64,000 bases of DNA from assembly GCF_964355755.1 (NCBI RefSeq), contig NC_092670.1, positions 12,324,795-12,388,794 on the forward strand, written 5' to 3'. The translations under genes were made by a program, and so were the position numbers. The DNA comes from Antedon mediterranea (lineage: Eukaryota; Animalia; Echinodermata). Under the pieces are notes generated by a model. It did not search any database and was not told the DNA's origin. It worked only from the letters and a program-made list of their open reading frames with translations. Below, one piece after another: positions 24,301-38,265 of this stretch; the first letter of the stretch is position 1; the number at the start of each line of letters is the position of its first letter.

Positions 24301-26016
24301 ATACTGTACATATTGTATATGGCATATAATAGGCACAACTCAGCGATATAAGTGTATGCATCATGTCATAGGATGGCGTACATCAACTTTTTACGATCGT
24401 ATGTTAACGTACGTGCATGTTTAAAAAATGTTAATTTCATTAAAATGATAACAATGATCACCTATAATTCGTCAAAGTGACGAATTAAATTCTAGTTAAT
24501 CTTCTTTCTGTACACTTTTTGTTCGTCAAATATCTCAAAAAGTTGAATAGCAATGATCACAAAAATTTTACAATGTCTTTCAAATACTTTAACTTAGCCA
24601 TAATAAGCTTTTCAGCGTGATCACTGACCCGTGACGTCACGTATACGCGATTTTGTGAAATCACATTATCAATCATATATCCATAATTCATTATCACATA
24701 TTTATGAAATTCACTACACGTAAACTTCAGGTCAAGGTAAAAATATTAGCAAATAAAAACGCACGCGCACGTATAGACATGCGCGTGAAATCGCGCGTTA
24801 AAAATTTAAAAGGCTCAAAATTAAGTTTTGATCAATTTAGAGCATGAATTAGGCCATTTGCGTGTTTCAAAAAATTACTGCGCAAAAACACGTTTTTGCG
24901 CGCGCGATACTTAAAAAGCGTAAAAATACGATTTTTTTGTAGAAATCGCATTCTACTCACCATCCTTAGTACATTCACCAAATTTGAGTCAGTTCCGACT
25001 TAAAATAACGCTATACGAGCACGTTAAAAATGACAAAATGCGCACATTTATTTCACAAAAGTTCTGAAAATGGTGAAAAATATGTCTTTTTTAAAATGAA
25101 AATAACTCTTCAGAATGCACGATGACACCTAAGTTTTTTAACTTATTCGTGAAGCCATTGAGTTGTAGATATAAATGTATATACACATTAGACGTAAAAA
25201 ATGGTATTACGTCATCAAATGGCCACTTGAATTTAACAATTAGGATTTTTTTCCGTTTTGTTTAGGTTATCACATTCAATAGAGCGCATCTCCGCTATTT
25301 GACCTCGATTTTCGCACAAATTTCAGTGTGTGCTTGCCTAATTATTTATCTTTCTCATAAGTTGTCAGTGTTCTCATTTTGATGACGTCATCACGCGTAA
25401 AAACTTGAATAACGTAGGTCGTGTAATTTCACCTTCGCCGTAAATTTGAATATCTTACAGCTCTTCAGAATTAAAGGTTACCTTGACGATTATAATTTAT
25501 TATGAAAGCTGATGAAATGTAGATATGAATTCATATAAAAACCAAGCGTATCAGATGTTGTGACGTTAACATATGGCCAGATGAAGTTAAAAAGTAGTTT
25601 TTTCATCTTTTTCGTCAAAGTTATACAAATTTCAAAGAGCGCGCACAGCGCTTCTACGTGCCAGATTCTCTTCCAATTCTTATATTTATTTGCTCAATTT
25701 ATTATCTTTCGAAATTGTCATCTTTGAGTTTATTTTGATAATTCCATCATACCAAAAAATTAGAACATGATGTGTGTCCCGTAATTTCACCTATGCTACA
25801 CTGTGTATAGATATACAGTATATACTGTACATATTGTATATGGCATATAATAGGCACAACTCAGCGATATAAGATTATGCATCATGTCATAGGATGGCGT
25901 ACATCAACTTTTTACGATCGTATGTTAACGTACATGCATGTTTAAAAAATGTTAATTTCATTAAAATGATAACAATGATCACCTATAATTCGTCAAAGTG
26001 ACGAATTAAATTCTAG
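21358..26016 (+). mobile_element. Three tandem family-B non-autonomous Helentron-associated elements (HINEs): 21358-22892, 22893-24495, 24496-26016
   Basis: ~1.5-1.6 kb units, each ending TGATCACCTA-T-AATTCGTCA-aag-TGACGAATT-aaatt-CTAG. Confidence 0.88.
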
Positions 26017-29000
26017 TTTTTTTTTTATTATTCTTCTTTCTTTCTCAGATTTTGTGCACGCGTTTTCTCTTCAACGTGTTAACATAACATGTTGTAACTT
26101 GGTCAACATTTAGACATTTAACTGAAGATGTTCTGCCAAGCTTTTGGACGCTGTCAGATCCGCGTAGCGTAAGTCACGCGCGATTTTCTGAAAATCTTAA
26201 ATCGGTCATAACTTCGAAACCGATAAATATTTTTTAACGAAATTTTCAGCCACGTTTTCTTCACATCAATGGCTAACTTTTGGAATGTTTAACAAATTTT
26301 TGGAGATTAGAAAGTTTTCGCGTAAATTGCGTTTGAAATATTTTACTCTTCTTATTTTGTGCACGCTGTTTCTCTTCAACGTGTAAACATAATATGTTGT
26401 AACTTGTTCAGCATTTAGACATTTTACTGAAGTTGTCCAGCCAAGCTTTTTGACGATGTCAGAGCCCCGTAGCGTAAGTTACGCGTGATTTTCTGAAAAT
26501 CTTAAATTGGTTATAACTTCGAAACAAATGAATATTTTTTAACGTCATTTTCAGCCACGTTTGCTTCACATCAATAGTTAACTTTTTTAACGCTACCGCA
26601 ATTTGTAACATTAGAAAGTGCGCGCGTAAATGGCGTTTGAAATTTTAAAATGCTTCAAATCAATTTCTGATTAAATTAGAGCACGATTCAGGTCATTTTA
26701 AGCGTTTAAAAAATTGCCACTGGTGCGCACATTTTTACGCGCGCACGGCGCAGGGGACACGTATGAACATTTCTTTTACACGATTTGTGTTTTTAAATTT
26801 TCCGTTAACAATTTTACGTTATTTTATTCACTTTTCAACTTGAAATGGCGTTCTACGAGCACGTTAAACATGACAGGTTGCGCATGAAAACGTCAACAAA
26901 TTGTGAAAATGTTGCAAAATATGTCTACTTTTAAAAATGAAACAGTTCATCAGAATGCAAGGTTACCCCCATTTTTTATTTTATTTACTTGCAGTGTATT
27001 AATCATAGGTCTAATTTATTATAGTCTTGAATGTTAAAAAGTGTTTGATAGCTACATTACTTGCATATTAAATGTAATTTTTGAAATAATTATCAACAAA
27101 CAAACATAAACATATTCAAAGAGTAAAACAATAAACATAACGTTTTATCTTTTTTCTTTACATGTTAATATATAAAACTTGAAAGTATGCACTTTCATAA
27201 TATGTCAGTGTTTAAAATTTGTGAAGATTTCATCATAGTAAAAATTATGATTTAAGTTCGATATGTAATAATCAACTTGCATCGAGGGGGTTCACGACAT
27301 ACTGAATGAACGAGGACTCTTTCTTCGGATTTTCTTCAGCAGGTGCTCATATGGCTCGATGTGTAGTGCAACCGACATTGGTATCAGAGGTACCGGGTTC
27401 GAATCCCATCACGGGAAAACAATTAAATAAAAGGATTTGTTTGGTTATTACACTGAAATGGCAGTTTTAATTTTGAATAGGCTACTTCTTGGAAAAGTCA
27501 CAACTGAAAAGTACTTGAATGCGCAAGATATGTTTTGTTGCGGGCGGATAACCAAACTCGTCCTCAAGTGACGAGTTTAAGATCTAGTTTTTTGGTTATC
27601 CGCCTCAAGCGGATAATTTTTTGGTTATCCGCCTCAAGCGGATAAGCATTTGTTATTGTAGTGTTACTTTTTTTTTTTTTTTATTATTCTTCTTTCTTTC
27701 TCAGATTTTGTGCACGCGTTTTCTCTTCAACGTGTTAACATAAAATGTTGTAACTTGGTCAACATTTAGACATTTAACTGAAGATGTACAGCCAAGCTTT
27801 TGGACGCTGTCAGATCTGCGTAGCGTAAGTCACGCGCGATTTTCTGAAAATCTTAAATCGGTCATAACTTCGAAACCGATAAATATTTTTTAACGAAATT
27901 TTCAGCCACGTTTTCTTCACATCAATGGCTAACTTTTGGAATGTTTAACAAATTTTTGGAGATTAGAAAGTTTTCGCGTAAATTGCGTTTGAAATATTTT
28001 ACTCTTCTTATTTTGTGCACGCTGTTTCTCTTCAACGTGTAAACATAATATGTTGTAACTTGTTCAGCATTTAGACATTTTACTGAAGTTGTCCAGCCAA
28101 GCTTTTTGACGATGTCAGAGCCGCGTAGCGTTAGTTACGCGTGATTTTCTGAAAATCTTAAATTGGTTATAACTTCGAAACAAATGAATATTTTTTAACG
28201 TCATTTTCAGCCACGTTTGCTTCACATCAATAGTTAACTTTTTTAACGCTACCGCAATTTGTAACATTAGAAAGTGCGCGCGTAAACGGCGTTTGAAATT
28301 TTAAAATGCTTCAAATCAATTTCTGATTAAATTAGAGCACGATTCAGGTCATTTTAAGCGTTTAAAAATTGCCACTGGTGCGCACATTTTTACGCGCGCA
28401 CGGCGCAGGGAACACGTATGAGCATTTATTTTACACGATTTGTGTTTTTAAATCTTCGGTTAACAGTTTTACGTTATTTTATTTACTTTTCAACTTGAAA
28501 TGGCGTTCTACGAGCACGTTAAACATGACAGGTTGCGCACAAAAACGTCAACAAATTGTGAAAATGTTGCAAAATATGTCTACTTTTAAAAATGAAACAA
28601 TTCATCAGAATGCAAGGTTACCCCCATTTTTTATTTTAATTTCTTGCAGTGTATGAATCATAGCTCTGATTAATTATAGTCTTGAATGTTAAAAAGTGTT
28701 TGGTGGCTACCTTATTTGCATATTAAATGTAATTTTTGAAATAATTATCATCAAACAAACATAAACATATTCAAAGAGTAAAACAATAAACATAACGTTT
28801 ATCTTTTTTCTTTACATGTTAATATTCAAAACTTGAAAGTATGCACTTTCATAATATGTCACTGTTTAAAATTTGTGAAGATTTCATCATAGTAAAAATT
28901 ATGATTTAAGTTGATTATGTAATAATCAACTTGCATCGAGGGGGTTCACGACATACCAAATGAACGAGGACTCTTTCTTCGGATTTTCTTCAGCAGGTGC

Positions 29001-32000
29001 TCATATGGCTGGATGTGTAGTGCAACCGACTTTGGTATCAGAGGTACCGGGTTCGAATCCCATAATGGGAAAACAATTAATTAAAAGGATTTATTTGGTT
29101 ATTACACTGAAAGGGCAGTTAATTTTGAATAGGCTAATTTTTTTGGAAAAGTCATAACTGAGAAGTACTTTAATACGCAAGATACGTTTTGTTGCGGGCG
29201 GATAACCAAACTCGTCCTCAAGTGACGAGTTTAAGTTCTAGTTATTGGTTATCCGCCTCAAGCGGATAAGCCCTTGGAATTGTAGTGTTACTTTTTTTTT
29301 ATTATTCTTCTCTATTTCCGCCGATTTTTGTGTTCAGCTTTTCTCTGCAACCTGTTAACATAACATGTTGTAACTTGGTAAACATTTAGACATTTAGCTG
29401 AAGATGTGCAGCCAAGCTTTTGGACGCTGGCAGAACCGCGTAGCGTAAGTCACGCGCCATTTTCAGAAAATCCTAAGTTGATCATAACTTCGAAACAGAT
29501 GAATATTTTTTAACGTAAATTTCAGCCATGTTTGCTTCACATCAATTGCTAACTTTTTTATCGCTACCGAGATTTGTAACATTGGAAAGTGCGCGAGTAA
29601 ACGGCGTTTGAAATTTTAAAATGCTCTAAATCAATTTCTGATTAAATTAGAGCACGATTCAGGTCATTTTAAGCGTTTGAAAAATTGCCACCAGGTGCGC
29701 ACATTTTTACGCGCGCACGGCGCAGGAAACACGCATGAGCATTTCTTTTGCACGATTTGTGTTTTTCAATCTTCGGTTAACAATTTTACGTTATTTTATT
29801 CACTTTTCAACTTCAAATGGCGTTCTACGAGCACGTTAAACATGACTGGTTGCGCACGTAAAATGTTAAAAAATTGTGAAAATGTTGCAAAATATGTATA
29901 CTTTTAAAAACGATACAGTTCATCAGAATGCAAGGTTACCCCTATTTTTTATTTTATTTTCTTGCAGTGTATGAATCATAGGTCTGATTTATTATAGTGT
30001 TGAATGTTAAAACGTGTTTGATGGCTACATTATTTGCATATTAAATATAATTTTTGAAATTTTTATCATTAAACAAACAATAACATTTTCAAAGAGGAAA
30101 ACAATAAACATAACGTTTATCTTTTTTCTTCACATGTTAATATATAAAACTTTCAAGTGTGCACTTTCATAATATGTCACTGTTTAAAATTTGTTAAGAT
30201 TTCATCATAGTGAAAATTATGATTTAGTTTGGTAAGTAATAATCTATTTGCATCGAGTGGTTCACGACATACCGAATGGACGAGTTAACTTTCTTCGGAT
30301 TTTCTTCAGCAGGTGCTCATATGGCTCGATGTGTAGTGCCATCGACTTTGGTATCAGAGCTACCGGGATCGAATCCCGTCAAGGGAAAACAATTAAATAA
30401 AAGGATTTATTTGGTTATTACAATGAAAGGGCAGTTTTAATTTCGAATAGGCTACTTTTTGGAAAAGTCATATTGAAAGGTACTTGAATGCGCAAGATAC
30501 GTTTTGTTACGGGCGGATAACCAAACTCGTCCTCAAGTGACGAGTTACAGATCTAGTTATTCTTCTCTATTTCCGCCGATTTTTGTGTTCAGCTTTTCTC
30601 TGCAACCTGTTAACATAACATGTTGTAACTTGGTAAACATTTAGACATTTAGCTGAAGATGTGCAGCCAAGCTTTTGGACGCTGGCAGAGCCGCGTAGCG
30701 TAAGTTACGCGCGATTTTCAGAAAATCCTAAGTTGATCATAACTTCGAAACAGATGAATATTTTTTAACGTAATTTTCAGCCATGTTTGCTTCACATCAA
30801 TTGCTAACTTTTTTATCGCTACCGAAATGTGTAACATTGGAAAGTGCGCGAGTAAACGGCGTTTGAAATTTTAAAATGCTCTAAATCAATTTCTGATTAA
30901 ATTAGAGCACGATTCAGGTCATTTTAAGCGTTTGAAAAATTGCCACCAGGTGCGCACATTTTACCCGCGCACGGCGCAGGAAACACGTATGAGCATTTCT
31001 TTTGCACGATTTGTGTTTTTCAATCTTTGGTTAACAATTTTACGTTATTTTATTCACTTTTCAACTTCAAATGGCGTTCTACGAGCACGTTAAACATGAC
31101 TGGTTGCGCACGTAAAATGTTAAAAAATTGTGAAAATGTTGCAAAATATGTATACTTTTAAAAGTGACACAGTTCATCAGAATGCAAGGTTACCCCCATT
31201 TTTTTTTTTTTTTTCTTGCAGTGTATGAATCATAGGTCTGATTTATTATAGTGTTGAATGTTAAAACGTGTTTAATGGCTACATTATTTGCATATTAAAT
31301 ATAATTTTTGAAATTTTTATCATCAAACAAACATAAACGTTTTCAAACAGCAAAACAATAAACATAACGTTTATCTTTTTTTCTTCACATGTTAATATAT
31401 AAAACTTAAAAGTATGCACTTTCATAATATGTCACTGTTTAAAATTTTTGAAGATTTCATCATAGTAAAAATTATGATTTAGTTTGCTAAGTAATAATCT
31501 ATTTGCATCGAGTGGTTCACGACATACCGAATGAACGAGTAAACTTTCTTCGGATTTCCTTCGGCAGGTGCTCATATGGCTCGATGTGTCGTGCAACCGA
31601 CTTTGGTATCAAAGGTATCGGGTTCAAATCCCGTCACGGGAAAACATTTAATTAAATGGATTTATTTGGTTATTACACTGAAAGGGCAGTTTTAATTTCG
31701 AAAAGGCTACTTTATTGGAAAATTCATAACTGAGAAGTACTTGAATACGCAAGGTACGTTTTGTTGCGGGCGGATAACCAAACTCGTCCTGAAGTGACGA
31801 GTTTAAGTTCTAGTTATTCTTCTTTCTTTCCGCCACTTTTTGTACGCGACGTTTCTCTGCAACGTGTTAACATAACATGTTGTAACTTGGTAAACCTTTA
31901 GACATTTAATTGAAGATGTGCAGCCAAGCTTTTGGACGCTGTCAGAGCCGCGTAGCGTAAGTTACGCGTGATTTTATGAAAATCTTAAATTGATCATAAC

Positions 32001-33224
32001 TTCGAAACCGATAAATATTTTTTAACGTAACTTGCAGCCACGTTTTCTTCACATCAATGGCTAACTTTTTCAATCTTTAGAACATTTTTGGACACTAGAA
32101 AGTTTGCGCGTAAATTGCGTTTGAAATTTTAAAATGGTCCAAATTTGTACACGCTGTTTCTCTGCAACGCGTGAACATAACATGTTGTAACTTGGTCAAC
32201 ATATAGACATTTAACTGAAGATGTGCAGCCAAGCTTTTGGACGCTGTCAGAGGCGCGTATCGTAAGTTACGCGCGATTTTCTGAAAATCTTAAATTGATC
32301 ATAACTTTGAAACAGATAAATATTTTTTAACGTAATTTTCAGCCACGTTTGCTTTACATTAATTGTTAACTTTTTTATCCCTCCCGAATTTTATAACATT
32401 AGAAAGTGCGTGCGTAAACGGCGTTTGAAATTTTAAAATGCTTCAAATCAATTCCTGATTAAATTAGAGCACGTTTCAGGTCATTTTAAGGGTTTAAAAA
32501 TTGCCACTGGTGCGCACATTTTTACGCGCGCACGGCGCAGGGAACGCGTATGAGCTTTTCTTTTACATAAATTGTGTTTTTCAAACTTAGGTTAACAATT
32601 TTACGTTATTTTATTCACTTTTCAACTTGAAATGGCGTTCTACGAGCACGTTAAACATGACTGGTTGCGCACGAAAACGTCAACAAATTGTGAAAATGTT
32701 GCAAAATATGTCTACTTTTAAAAGTGATACAGTTCATCAGAATGCAAGGTTACCCCCATTTTTTATTTTATTTTATTACAGTCTATGAATCGTAGATCTG
32801 ATTTATTATAGTGTTGAATGTTAAAACGTGTTTGATGGCTACATTATTTGCATATTAAATATAATTTTCGAAATGTTTATCATCAAACAAACAATAACAT
32901 ATTCAAAGAGTAAAACAATAAACATAACGTTTATCTTTTTTCTTTACATGTTGATATATAAAACTTGAAAGTATGCACTTTGCTAATATGTCACTGTTTA
33001 AAATTTGTGAAGATTTCATCATAGTAAAATTTATGATTTAATTTTGATATGTAATAATCAACTTGCATCGAGGGGATTCACGACATACCGAATGAACGAG
33101 GACTCTTTCTTCGGATTTTCTTCAGCAGGTGCTCATATGGCTCGATGTGTAGTGCAACCGACTTTGGTATCAGAGGTACCGGGTTCAAATCTCATCACGC
33201 GAAAACAATTAAATAAAAGGATTT
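26017..33224 (+). mobile_element. Five family-A HINE units: 26017-27587, 27588-29241, 29242-30556, 30557-31813, 31814-33224 (last is 3'-truncated)
   Basis: Same sequence as the Helentron arms. 3' end is GGCGGATAACCA + hairpin + CTAG. The 5' cap TGGTTATCCGCC-tcaa-GCGGATAA occurs at 27593, 27622 and 29246. Units carry one or two copies of an internal ~300-bp block. Confidence 0.9.
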
Positions 33225-36040
33225 GCACTATTTTGTCCGTGATAGTTTCATCTATCTAAGTCAATTTTTCAGAGTATATTCCTTATGGCCAGGAATCGAT
33301 GTGGTTATATTTTCACGATGCGTAATCAAAAATTACGCGGTCTACGCGCGATTTTACGAAATCACGTTTGTAATCATATCTTCACAAGCATGAATCACAA
33401 TTAAACAAAATTTGGTACTCATAAATTTCAGGTCATATTTCATCATATGGCAATACAATTACGTGCGTAGCGCATATAACGCTTGCGTACGCGCGCTTAA
33501 AATGTTCAAAATTGTCAAAATTTATTTTCGATGAAATTAGAGTACGTTTCAGGCAATTTTAAGCGTTTAAAAAATTGCCATGAGTGCGCAGATTTTTGCA
33601 CGCGCACTGCGCGTTATACGTTAATGCGCACTCTTTTTGTCCGATTTCGGTTGTACAACCTTTCTTTAATAATATCATCATATTTTATTCACTTTTCAAC
33701 GCGTAATTGCCTTATACGAGCACGTCAAAAGTGACAGGCTACGCACGTGTAAGTTAACAAAATGGTGAAAATATGCTAAATTTTAAAATTAATATAGATC
33801 GTCAGAATGCTCGGGAACACATATTTTTTATTTAATTTTCTTGAAGTGTATGTATCTTATGTATGATTTATTATTAAACTAAGGGATCAAAAGTTGATTA
33901 AGCCATAATTAATTGCATATTAAATTAAAAAAAATTCATTTCGACAATCAAACAAATTATGACATTTTCTTAGGCAAAAATAACAAACTTAACATTAACT
34001 TTCTTCCTTCAAAAGTTCATATATTAAAGTTAAAAGTATATAGTTTGACAGTGCATCATTTTTGTACATTTTTAGAGATGTCATCATAGTAAAAAATTAT
34101 AATTCATTGCGGTATGTAATAATCTATCTGCACCAAAGTGGTTACTGCATAGTAAATACACGGAGGAATTTTTCTACAATTTTTAGTCAGTTGTGTATGG
34201 CTCGGTGGTGTGTGCTCGTGTCTATGGCACTCAAGGTACCGAGATCGAGTCTCACCTTGGGAAACGAAATAAATTTTTTTTTTTATTATCCGTATTGTTT
34301 GTTCAAATTTATTTCTTAGTGTATATATTATACACATGATTTATAATGAAATCTAGATAAAAAATAACTTATGTCTTTATTATTATGTAACAGCAAATGT
34401 GGTTTATGACATTATACGCAGAGGGATCTTTGATCGGATTGTGATACCGGCTATTGTATTCGCGTTAGCAAGGTCCTATCATATATTATATATTATTTAA
34501 AGAATCTGAGAAAATCAATGAATCAAAATATCTTTTAAAAATCAATTATCTTTATTTTAATTATCAATGCATATAACCTATAATTCGTCATAGTGACGAA
34601 TTAAATCTAGTTTATTTATTTATTCTTTCCTTAGCACTATTTTGTCCGTGCATTATCTTGGCATCAGTTTAATCTAGCTAAGTCAAGTTTTCAGAGTATA
34701 TTCTTCATGGCCAGGAATCGATGTGGTTATATTTTCACGATGCGTAATCAAAAATTACGCGGTCTACGCGCGATTTTACGAAATCACGTTTGTAATCATA
34801 TCTTCACAAGCATGAATCACAATTAAACAAAATTTGGTACTCATAAATTTCAGGTCATATTTCATCATATGGCAATAAAATTACGTGTGTAGCGCATATA
34901 ACGCTTGCGTACGCGCGCTTAAAATGTTCAAAATTGTCAAAATTTATTTTCGATGAAATTAGAGTACGTTTCAGGCAATTTTAAGCGTTTAAAAAATTGC
35001 CATGAGTGCGCAGATTTTTGCACGCGCACTGCGCGTTAAACGTTAATGCGCACTCTTTTTGCCCGATTTCTGTTTTACAATCTTTCTTTAATAATATCAT
35101 CATATTTGATTCAGGTTTCAACTCGAAATTGCGTTATACGAGCACGTCAAAAGTGACTTGCTACGCACGTATAAGTTAACAAAATGGTGAAAATATGCTA
35201 AATTTTAAAATTAATATATATCGTCAGAATGCAGGGGAACACCTATTTTTTATTTCATTTTCTTGAAGTGTATGTATCATATGTATGATTTATTATCAAA
35301 TAAAGAGAACAAAAGTTGATTAAGTCATCATTAATTGCATATTCAATTTAAAAAAAATAATTTCGACAATCAAACAAATTATGACATTTTCTTAGGCCAA
35401 AATACCAAACTTAATTAACATTAACTTTCTTTCTTAAGAAGTTCATATATTAAAGTTAAAAGTATATAGTTTGACAGTGCATCATTTCTTTACATTTTTA
35501 AAGATGTCATCATAGTAAAAAATTATAATTCATTGCGGTATGTAATAATCTATTTGCACCAAAGTGGTTACTGCATAGTAAATACACGGAGGAATTTTTC
35601 TACAATTTTTAGTTAGTTGTGTATGGCTCGATGGTCTGTGCTCGTGTCTAAGGCATTCAAGGTACCGAGATCGAGTCTCACCTTGGGAAACGAAATAAGA
35701 TTTTTTTTTATTATCCGTATTGTTTGTTCAAATTTATTTCTTAGTGTATTATATAGATTATACACATGATTTATAATGAAATCTAGATAAAAAGTAACTT
35801 ATGTCTTTATTATTATGTAACAACAAATGTGGTTTATGACATTATACGCAGAGGGATCTTTGATCGGATTGTGATACCGGCTATTGTATTCGCGTTAGCA
35901 AGGTCCTCTCTATCATATATTATAAATAATTAAAGAATCTGAGAAAATCAATCAATCAAAATATCTTTTACAAATCAATTATCTTTATTTAAATCAATGC
36001 ATATAACCTATAATTCGTCATAGTGACGAATTAAATCTAG
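33225..36040 (+). mobile_element. Two family-C HINE units (33225-34610, 34611-36040)
   Basis: ~1.4 kb near-identical units ending GCATATAACCTA-T-AATTCGTCA-tag-TGACGAATT-aaat-CTAG. Confidence 0.88.
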
Positions 36041-36202
36041 TTAATGTTTTTATCTTATACACAAATTGTTATATCTCGTTTTCATTTCCCAAAGAACAGA
36101 TTATGGTAGTATAGTTTCTGTATTGATTTCAGTAGTATAGTCGGTAATAATTATATAATCTTTATATTAAATAAAAACAAATCTCATTTGAAAGTTACAA
36201 AC

Positions 36203-38223
36203 CGATAGCACGCGTCCGATATTGAATGTCGTCAATTGCGATGTCACCCCTACGGTAAACTACTTTTCCCAATAGCCTTCAAACACAATGTAATTTTTTC
36301 CATAACCGTTGTGCGCAAATTGTGCTACTACGGCATTTCGCCACCGATCTCCTTGGTTACCACTTTTTTTCCATAACAGTTCGTCCCCCAAATCCGATTT
36401 TCTGTAAACCGTGAGTGATCCAACTTCATGTCCGTACATGTGATAGTAGAATGATAAAGATACATGTTGCCCTGGTGGTAACAATTGACTTCTCATGCGA
36501 GCTGACTTCCAGTTACTTGTAGATATTGTTTTAATGTAAACATAATGATCACCTGTACGTGGAAATAAACAAGCAGTTAGTAATTAAATTTAATTAGGCT
36601 ATATATTATCATGCATATAACCTTATTGATTCTGTCAAAAATCTTTATTTCTTTATTTTATTCTTTCCTTAGCACTGTTTTGTCCGTCAATATTATCTTG
36701 AGATCAATTACATCTAGCTACGTCAATTTTTCAGAGTATATTCCTTATATCCAGGAATCGCGTCGATGTGGATATCCTTTCATGGTGCGCAATAAAAAAG
36801 GTATACGCGTGATTTAATGAAATCACGTTTGCAATCATATGTATTATAATTAAACCAAATTTGGTAAATTTCAGATCATATTTCATCATATGAAAATGAA
36901 AATACGTGCGTAGCGCATATAACGCGTGCGTACGTGCGCTTACAATTTAAAAAAATGAGTGAGTAGTGAGTACATTTCAGGCAATTTTAAGCGTTTAAAA
37001 ATTGCCATGAGTGCGCAGAATTTTGCACTGCGCGTTAAACTATACTGCGGTACTCTTTTTGCCTGATTTCTGTTTTACAAACTTTCTTTAGCAATTTCAT
37101 CATATTTTATTCACTTTTCAATTTAAAACCACGTTATACAAGCACGTTAAAGTGACCGGCTTCGCACAAAATGGTGAAAATATGCTATATTTTAAAATGA
37201 ATATAGATCGTCAGAATGCTCGGGAAACCCTATTTTTCATTTTTTAAAGGTATATGTATCATATATGCATGGAAGATTTATTATGAAATTAAGAGAAAAA
37301 AAAGTTGATTACGTCATCATTGCATATTAAATTTAAAAAAAATTAATACAATCAAACAAACTATGACATTTTCTTTGGCCGAAATAACAAACTTAACATT
37401 AACTTCTTCTTTAAAATGTTTATATATTGAAGTTAAAAGCCAAAAGGGTTACTGCATAGTAAAGACACGGAGGAATCTTTCTTCAACTTTAGTCAGTTGT
37501 GTATGGCTCGGTGGTCTGTGCTCGCGTCTATAGCATTCAAGGTACCCAGATCGAGTCTCACCTTGGGAAACGAAATAAGATTTTTTTTATATCCGTATTG
37601 TTTGTTCAATTTCATTTCTTAGTGTTAGATTAATTTACGAATGATTTATGATGAAAAGGTAAAAAAAAATGACTTAGGTCTTTATAATTATGTAACAAGG
37701 GTTGTTTATATTATACGCGGAGGGATCTTTGATCGGATAGTGATACCGGCTATTGTATTTGCGTTAGCAAGATCCTATCTTCATAGGCCTATATTATAAA
37801 TAATTAAAGATTCTGACAAAATCAATATATATATTTAAAAAATGAATTTAATTATTAAAATCAATGCATATAACCTAAAATTCGTCATAGTGACGAATTA
37901 AATCTAGTTCAAATTATAATATATGGCTTTTTGAATATTTCCGAAATTTTACTGTATTAAACATTATGTGAAAACAATTTAGATTTTTGGCATAGTGACC
38001 ACTAGAAGTGTTTATTTTACACCACACTTAACCTCTCATGTGCTAGTAGACATTTCTACTAATAACCCTAATAAACGTACAACGATTTCCTGAATGACCT
38101 TTGATGGTCCAGTTTTTCTTTCACCAATTCTTCCATCCCTTCCACCACAAGTCCGCATCCAATCAAAACCATCACCTCTTTCTTGAGTCCAGCCATAACC
38201 AGTACTCTCAAAATCTGTTTTGA
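36203..38223 (-). pseudogene. Two exons of a MAM-domain host gene (38223-38081 and 36552-36203), each with an apparent 1-nt deletion
   Basis: TDFES..GWTQ..DGFDW..TGPS, then YVYI..ARMRS..SLSFYYHMYG.EVGSLTV..LLWKKSGNQGDRW..IVFEG and GDIAIDDI in a shifted frame. Splice junctions are phase 1, as is typical of MAM exons. Confidence 0.8.
36594..37907 (+). mobile_element. Stand-alone, older family-C HINE with both ends, inside the MAM intron
   Basis: 5' cap TAGGCTATAT..GCATATAACCT pairs with 3' GCATATAACCTA. Terminal hairpin and CTAG at 37904-37907; flanked by T. Confidence 0.82.
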
Positions 38224-38265
38224 CTATAAAACATATATGCTATGACGTTATCGAAATTCCTTCAC

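Noticed and set aside
27345-27420. Functional tRNA gene
   Set aside because: Acceptor and anticodon stems pair poorly and vary among copies. Reported only as a tRNA-like module.
606-33734. Recurring 60-95 aa ORFs (MPLVRTFLRAHGAG.., MNEDSFFGFSS.., MKNCHQVRTF..)
   Set aside because: They come from HINE copies. Frames and stops vary between copies, many use non-ATG starts, and no domain is recognisable.
21358-36040. Repeat array next to a nuclease/helicase gene as a CRISPR-like guide array
   Set aside because: Units are 1.3-1.6 kb near-full repeats with transposon termini. There are no unique spacers and no cas or Fanzor/TnpB motifs.
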